IMG/VR virus record: IMGVR_UViG_3300000576_000001
Location: 1-37,410 of that record
DNA: 37,410 nt
DNA from: a virus
Strand: one strand, 5' to 3'
Of the stretch, positions 33,030-37,410 are shown piece after piece. The notes beneath the pieces are model-generated. The model worked only from the letters and a program-made list of their open reading frames with translations, had not been told where the DNA came from and made no database searches. Position 1 is the stretch's first letter. Each line of letters opens with the position of its first letter. The position numbers were made by a program, and so were the translations under genes.

Positions 33030-33065
33030 AAGCCCCGGCCTATAATGACCGGGGCTTGTATTTTG
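33030..33065 (+). terminator. Intrinsic terminator AAGCCCCGG-N10-CCGGGGCTT followed by GTATTTTG
   Basis: 9-bp perfect stem followed by a T-tract, after the RHH gene. Confidence 0.7.
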
Positions 33066-33165
33066 CCGTGGCTGCGGCTAGGATGCGAGTGTCGAAATCG
33101 CTAGGCACTAAGTAGCACGCTTGGCCGCGTCCTGCAAGTGCCCGGCCCATTTGTAAGGGTCAATA

Positions 33166-33546
33166 ATGCCTAACCCGGAAAAGCATGAATCCATCGTCAT
33201 CCCTGGCGTTGCGGTCCGTCGACCGGTTGCCGATGCAATCCCTAAAAAATTTACGATGCCCGTTGTCTATGTGCTGAGTATGCGCGACACGCCATACGTA
33301 AAAATAGGCAGCACATCTAGTGTCAGAGCGCGCGTCGTCAGCCTTCAAGGCGCAACGCCGTTTAAGGTCGATTGGCCTTTTTACCTTTGCCCGAGCCCTA
33401 TCATATCGCACATTGATGTCGAGCTTCTTGCGCATGGCCTTCTAAAAGGTTGCCGCGTTCGGGGTGAGTGGTTCTGTTGCGACGATGAAGTCGCGATCGA
33501 CGCGGTCATGGATGCGCATGAGTTTCTGGCCGAGGAGCAGAGATGA
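33166..33546 (+). CDS. T5orf172 / GIY-YIG-like (MUG113) domain protein
   Basis: VVYVLS ... YVKIGSTSSVRARV ... LH ... GEWF pattern. Visibly AT-richer than the flanks. Confidence 0.6.
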   Translation: MPNPEKHESIVIPGVAVRRPVADAIPKKFTMPVVYVLSMRDTPYVKIGSTSSVRARVVSLQGATPFKVDWPFYLCPSPIISHIDVELLAHGLLKGCRVRGEWFCCDDEVAIDAVMDAHEFLAEEQR

Positions 33547-34367
33547 GCCTCCCATACTTTCCAATGTATCCATCCGACTTTGAGGCCAAAACATCGCACC
33601 TTACGATTGCGGAGGACGGCGCTTACAACCGTCTTTTGCGCGTGTGCTGGATGACGCCGGGGTGCACCCTTCCTGCCGACGAAGATTGGATAATGCGCCG
33701 CGTAAGGGCATACACCGAAGACGATAAGGCGGTCGTTCGGTCGGTTTTGTCGGAGTTTTTTGAGGTCAAGAACGGGCGGTATAGCAATGCTAAACTGATG
33801 CGAATTTGGCTTGCGTCGAGTGAAGCGCATCAGAAGCGTAAAGCCGCAGGATCGAAGGGGGGTTCTGCTAAGTCCGCCCAGTCAAAGGAAAAAACGTCTA
33901 GCAATGCTAGAGCAATGCCCAAGCAACCAGAACCAGAACCAGAACCAGAGTATAACCCCCCTTTTAGCCCCCCCTTGCAGGGGGAGCCAAGCGCGCCCGA
34001 AAAGACCAAGCCATCTGGCAAGAAATCGGATCACGGATCACGCCTCCCCGACGATTGGGCCCCATCCGACGCTGAACACGAATTTGCACGCAACGAGGGA
34101 TTGACCGATGACGACATCAAACGAGAAGCAGATCGATTCCGAGACTACTGGCTGGCTGTCCCTGGCCAGCGCGGTCGAAAACGCGATTGGGCAGCTACGT
34201 GGCGGAATTGGATCCGCCGTAGCGATACCGGCGGAAACGGAAAGGTGGGCGGCCGGGATACTGGATCGCGCCGACCATCGCCACACCGACCGAAAAGCAC
34301 GAGCATCTATGATACGTGCTTTGGGGATACAGACCCGCTCGGCCTGCTCGGTAATAATTCCCGATGA
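33543..34367 (+). CDS. DUF1376 (YdaU-like) replication initiation protein with DnaT-like C-terminal DNA-binding region
   Basis: YFPMYPSDFEAKTSHLTIAEDGAYNRLLRVCW ... and the C-terminal FRDYWLAVPGQRGRKRDWAATWRNWIRR. Confidence 0.7.
   Translation: MSLPYFPMYPSDFEAKTSHLTIAEDGAYNRLLRVCWMTPGCTLPADEDWIMRRVRAYTEDDKAVVRSVLSEFFEVKNGRYSNAKLMRIWLASSEAHQKRKAAGSKGGSAKSAQSKEKTSSNARAMPKQPEPEPEPEYNPPFSPPLQGEPSAPEKTKPSGKKSDHGSRLPDDWAPSDAEHEFARNEGLTDDDIKREADRFRDYWLAVPGQRGRKRDWAATWRNWIRRSDTGGNGKVGGRDTGSRRPSPHRPKSTSIYDTCFGDTDPLGLLGNNSR
33925..33950 (+). repeat. Hexanucleotide tandem repeat (AACCAG)x4 encoding a PEPEPEPE linker
   Basis: Seen directly inside the DUF1376 gene. Confidence 0.8.
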
Positions 34368-34767
34368 TGAGCCGTCATACGATATCACGAACGCGTGCGA
34401 GCTTATCGAACTGCCGGACTTTAAGCCGGGCAACCACAGCCGCGCTGCACTCGCTCTGACGGCCCTGTCCGCGCCGCCGACGCCTGACGACATGCTGGCG
34501 GGCATTGGGATGCTGATGATGGCCACAGCACATCGTGAGTACGCCGGGAACGACATCAAGGCGATGTCCGCGATCTACGCTCACTCGCTACGCATGTACC
34601 CGCGCGATTGCGTCTTGGAGGCGATCCACGAATGGCCGCGTCGCAAGGATGGCAAATGGATGCCGACCGTTCATGACCTCGATAGGCTGATCCGTCGCAA
34701 GGTGTCTTGGCGGCGCTGCGCATTGGAGGCCGCAAAAAATGCAGCCGAAGGGGAAAAAGACCATTGA
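34309..34767 (+). CDS. Hypothetical replication-module protein (helicase-loader-like by position); start uncertain
   Basis: The track ORF starts at 34108, which would overlap the conserved DnaT-like region of the upstream gene. The next in-frame ATG is 34309. Confidence 0.4.
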   Translation: MIRALGIQTRSACSVIIPDDEPSYDITNACELIELPDFKPGNHSRAALALTALSAPPTPDDMLAGIGMLMMATAHREYAGNDIKAMSAIYAHSLRMYPRDCVLEAIHEWPRRKDGKWMPTVHDLDRLIRRKVSWRRCALEAAKNAAEGEKDH

Positions 34768-34778
34768 CACACCGTCAA
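34764..34778. promoter_or_regulatory. Operator-like palindrome TTGACACACCGTCAA, identical to 25206-25220
   Basis: Overlaps the stop codon (34765-34767) of the upstream gene. TTGACA could also serve as a -35 element. Confidence 0.5.
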
Positions 34779-34830
34779 GGCATCGTGCATTGTTTTGAGG
34801 CACCATCTTGGTGCGTTTCCTCCCTAACCT

Positions 34831-34860
34831 GCCCCGGCATGGCGCCGGGGCGCATTTTTC
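34831..34860 (+). terminator. Hairpin GCCCCGGC-N5-GCCGGGGC plus T5, immediately before the next RBS (terminator or attenuator)
   Basis: 8-bp perfect stem. The T-tract at 34855-34859 abuts the GGAG Shine-Dalgarno of the gene starting at 34871. Confidence 0.55.
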
Positions 34861-34870
34861 GGAGATTGGG

Positions 34871-35635
34871 ATGTCGGCAGAGCCGGAAGCAGGAGACAAC
34901 ATCGTGGTCTGGTTCTCCTGCGGGGCTGCCAGCGCAATCGCTTGGCAGGAAACGCTGAGACGGTACGGCGATACCTGTAACGTAGTCGCGGTCAACAACC
35001 CGGTGGCCGAGGAAGACGAAGACAACCGGCGCTTCGCCAGCGACGTTGCGCAGTGGTTGCGCCAGTCACTCGTAGAGTGGCGCAACCCGCATTACCCGGA
35101 CGCGTCCGCGATCAAGGTTTGGGACGCTCGAAAGGCAATGTCATTTCCGAGCGGGGCGCCCTGTACGATCGAACTAAAGAAAAAGGCACGCCTGGATTAC
35201 GAGACAAAGCACCGCGTCGATTGGAACGTGCTGGGCTTTACGGCGGATGAGGAAAGTAGATATCGGCGGTTCGTCCTGACCGAACGCCAAAACGTACTGC
35301 CGGTCCTGATCGACGCCAAGATGTCAAAGCAGATGTGCATGGACAGGCTCCTATCAGCCGGCATCAGCCCGCCGCGCGTTTACGGCGAAGGATACCCGAA
35401 CGCCAACTGCATCGGCTGCGTGAAGGCGACCAGTCCGACTTACTGGAACCTCGTACGGCGTACCCGGCCGGAAGTGTTCCAGCGCCGCGCCGAGCAGTCC
35501 CGCCGTCTCGGTGTGCGGCTCGTTAGGCACAAAGGCGAGCGGATATTATTGGACGAGCTTCCCGAGGATGCGGTCGGCAACCCGCTCAAGACCATGGACG
35601 TCGAGTGCGGGATCTTTTGTGAGGAGGCCGCATGA
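34871..35635 (+). CDS. PAPS-reductase-like PP-loop (adenine nucleotide alpha-hydrolase) family enzyme
   Basis: N-terminal degenerate PP-loop VVWFSCGAASA and C-terminal ECGIF, which resembles the ECGLH motif of CysH-type enzymes. Confidence 0.6.
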   Translation: MSAEPEAGDNIVVWFSCGAASAIAWQETLRRYGDTCNVVAVNNPVAEEDEDNRRFASDVAQWLRQSLVEWRNPHYPDASAIKVWDARKAMSFPSGAPCTIELKKKARLDYETKHRVDWNVLGFTADEESRYRRFVLTERQNVLPVLIDAKMSKQMCMDRLLSAGISPPRVYGEGYPNANCIGCVKATSPTYWNLVRRTRPEVFQRRAEQSRRLGVRLVRHKGERILLDELPEDAVGNPLKTMDVECGIFCEEAA

Positions 35636-35958
35636 GATCAGAGACATGCCCCACCGTTGCGATATCAATATTTATCGCTGGCGATGTAGACCAAGCGAAG
35701 CAGGTGTGCCGCGAGATCTGTCTTGGCGGCGGGCTGTGCGTAACCGTCACGCCAACAACCTACATTTACAACGGCGGTGAAGAAGCTGGCGTCTGCGTCG
35801 GCATAATCAACTATCCACGCTTTCCATTGTCGGAGCCTGAGCTTGTCGGGAGGGCGCGTGATCTTGGCGCCAAACTGGTGGAGCGCCTTTGTCAGCACTC
35901 CTACTCGATCGTAACGCCTGACAAGACCGAATGGTACTCGCGAAGGGAAGCCCAATGA
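35632..35958 (+). CDS. Hypothetical protein (108 aa), coupled to the PP-loop enzyme
   Basis: ATGA overlap with the upstream gene. Cys-rich alpha/beta-looking sequence. Confidence 0.5.
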   Translation: MRSETCPTVAISIFIAGDVDQAKQVCREICLGGGLCVTVTPTTYIYNGGEEAGVCVGIINYPRFPLSEPELVGRARDLGAKLVERLCQHSYSIVTPDKTEWYSRREAQ

Positions 35959-36368
35959 CCCGCGCCATCCTCGAAGCCTGCCGCCACCGCATCGCCAACG
36001 ACGACATGGCGCTTGGACGCGAGCCGAGCCCGGTGCTGGCGGAGATTGATGCCGAGTTGTCGGAGCCGAAGGCGGAAGGGGCGCATAGCACCGGACCTTG
36101 GCTTGAGGGTGCGGAATACGGGGCACTCCAAACAGAAATCTGCGCGCAGGACCGTAAGAAGGCAATCGCGACCGTCTGGACGAAGCGCCGCGTCGGCGTG
36201 CTTAGCGACGAGAAAGCGATCGAAGACGATCCCGAGGGCATTGCGAACCTGCATCTGGTGCTGGCCGCCCCGGCCATGCTGGCGGCTCTTGAGCATGCCG
36301 CACAGAACATGCCGCACCCGGATCAGATGGTCGACGACGCAATACGAAAGGCAAGGGGCCGCGAATGA
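35955..36368 (+). CDS. Hypothetical protein (137 aa)
   Basis: ATGA overlap with the upstream gene (residue 9 of track ORF 35931..36368). Confidence 0.5.
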   Translation: MTRAILEACRHRIANDDMALGREPSPVLAEIDAELSEPKAEGAHSTGPWLEGAEYGALQTEICAQDRKKAIATVWTKRRVGVLSDEKAIEDDPEGIANLHLVLAAPAMLAALEHAAQNMPHPDQMVDDAIRKARGRE

Positions 36369-36634
36369 CCGCCTCCCGGCGAGCCCTTGTCCCTTACCGC
36401 CCCATCGCGTGTGGGGTGCTGCTACCCGTAAGGATGCAGAGACGAGGGCTCACCCGGATGCGGCGGCGTTGGGAATTGCCCGGCGGGAAGTGTCCGGCAG
36501 GTAGGCGGCTCCCTGCATAATTTGGTGTCGTCGCTGCTCAGTGAGCCACGCCGGGGGACGAAACGCCCCAGCACCGCCTACAGGGTGCGGAGCGGGCTTT
36601 GTCGCGTCCGGCTATCAACGCAACGGAGGAACAA
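36369..36634 (+). other. 266-bp non-coding GC-rich region with nested helices and a shortened copy of the early leader motif
   Basis: No ORF with an RBS on either strand. Nested pairings: 36381-36387/36445-36451, 36392-36397/36428-36433, 36400-36404/36412-36416. CTATCAACGCAACGGAGGA at 36612-36630. Confidence 0.4.
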
Positions 36635-36706
36635 ATGACCGAAATAATTTTGATCGCGCTGCTTGTCGGAATGGTCGTGATGGTGGTTAGCAAGGTGGAG
36701 GGCTGA
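36635..36706 (+). CDS. 23-aa hydrophobic micro-ORF (MTEIILIALLVGMVVMVVSKVEG)
   Basis: GGAGGA Shine-Dalgarno. Its stop overlaps the next ATG (TGATG). Confidence 0.4.
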   Translation: MTEIILIALLVGMVVMVVSKVEG

Positions 36707-37410
36707 TGATGGATGCCAAAGAGGCACTGCAAAAAGCGCAACAACTGATCGATCAGCGCGGCAAAGACTACGACCACGAGGGCGGCGAAAGGTCGATGGG
36801 TCCGGCGGTTGCAGCGTTCAATGCGCTGACCGGGCACAATTTGACCGAGGGCGATGGCTGGCTGCTGTTCGATATGGTCAAGACGAGGAGAACCAAAAGC
36901 TCGCCCGGTCACGTCGACAGCAATCTCGACAAGATTTCGTATGCCGCACTGAGGGCTGAGGCGGAGTTGAGGGATGCCAACAAGCCCGCATACGACGCAG
37001 ACGCCACACTGCGCGCTATGGCCGATCCGGAGTTCTGGTGCCGAAAGGAAAATGGACCGCAGAGCGCGCAGGGAAGCCGCTGTGTGAGCGAAACGTCTTC
37101 GGAAACTATCCGCGAGAGTCAGGACGAGAACGCGCGTTCTGAACACGATTCAGAAAGCGACAGCGAGCCCTATTGCGGCGCCTACCAAGCCTATAACGTC
37201 GATGTTAATGCGTGCTTGCAGTGTCGCCGTCAATGGCGGGCCGATGAGCCGAAGCCGTGCGAGCGGAAGGCTGAAGAAGATCGTGACATCGCCAATCGGA
37301 CGCGCGGGATATTGGCCGATGATGGCGAAGGCTGGATCGACCACGACGGCAGCGGTCGGTGTCCGGTGAGTGACCCGACGGTCAGGCTCGACACAAGGGG
37401 CGTCGGCGGG
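36706..37410 (+). CDS. 5' part of the junction-spanning ORF: DUF6378-like N-terminal domain, acidic linker, Cys-containing region
   Basis: GGTGGAGGG Shine-Dalgarno. QRGKDYDHE ... LLFDMVKTRR ... HVDSNLDKISYAAL resembles the DUF6378 phage family. It has no stop before the window end and continues at 1..353. Confidence 0.6.
   Translation, partial: MMDAKEALQKAQQLIDQRGKDYDHEGGERSMGPAVAAFNALTGHNLTEGDGWLLFDMVKTRRTKSSPGHVDSNLDKISYAALRAEAELRDANKPAYDADATLRAMADPEFWCRKENGPQSAQGSRCVSETSSETIRESQDENARSEHDSESDSEPYCGAYQAYNVDVNACLQCRRQWRADEPKPCERKAEEDRDIANRTRGILADDGEGWIDHDGSGRCPVSDPTVRLDTRGVGG
37322..37410 (+). repeat. Terminal direct repeat copy 2 (identical to 1..89)
   Basis: Same comparison as copy 1. The repeat lies inside a coding frame. 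Confidence 0.95.

Larger units (their letters stand above)
1..37410. mobile_element. Complete circularly closed dsDNA phage genome (unit 37,321 bp plus 89-bp overlap), podovirus-like structural module
   Basis: Identical 89-bp ends. A full set of terminase, portal, scaffold, capsid, ejection-protein, tail-fibre, lysis, replication and recombination genes. No flanking host genes. Confidence 0.85.

Noticed and set aside
34108-34767. The full-length 219-aa version of this ORF starting at 34108
   Set aside because: It would overlap about 260 nt of the DUF1376 gene, including its conserved DnaT-like segment. A later start (34309) is more plausible, though unproven.

Overview
The window is one complete, circularly closed genome of a GC-rich tailed phage. 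Bases 1-89 are identical to 37322-37410, so the unit length is 37,321 bp, and one ORF reads in phase across the junction. Gene content points to a podovirus-type, probably headful-packaging phage of an alphaproteobacterium, because it carries a GapR/DUF2312 homologue and TTGACA-N17-CTAnnn promoters.

Layout:
- (i) A leftward 4-gene cassette at 350-1500, made of 3 small orphan ORFs plus an HTH gene.
- (ii) A long rightward late operon at 1667-22547. It encodes a secreted Rap1a/Tai-like protein, TerS, TerL, portal, scaffold, major capsid, adaptor/tail proteins, an embedded GNAT acetyltransferase, three large ejection proteins (one with an SLT domain), a tail fibre, and a lysis cassette with a GH108 endolysin and overlapping spanins.
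- (iii) A leftward early operon at 28377 down to 22529. It encodes an acidic first gene, a PD-(D/E)XK exonuclease, a Lar-family restriction-alleviation protein, many orphans and a terminal HTH gene.
- (iv) A rightward early operon from 28458 across the junction to 353. It encodes Cro-like, RusA, SSB, GapR-like, a helicase N-lobe ORF coupled to an N6A/N4C methyltransferase, a C5 methyltransferase, an RHH protein, a T5orf172 protein, a DUF1376 replication protein, a PAPS-reductase-like PP-loop enzyme cassette and a DUF6378-like fusion.

I found no integrase, CI/LexA-type repressor, tRNA, CRISPR array or reverse transcriptase.

The best candidates for new biology are the acr/aca-like cassette, the PP-loop enzyme cassette behind an operator plus hairpin, the split helicase-lobe/methyltransferase pair, the GNAT inside the ejection-protein module, and a small set of repeated operator and leader motifs that link the operon starts. 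All functional calls come from motif recognition by eye. No database search was run.
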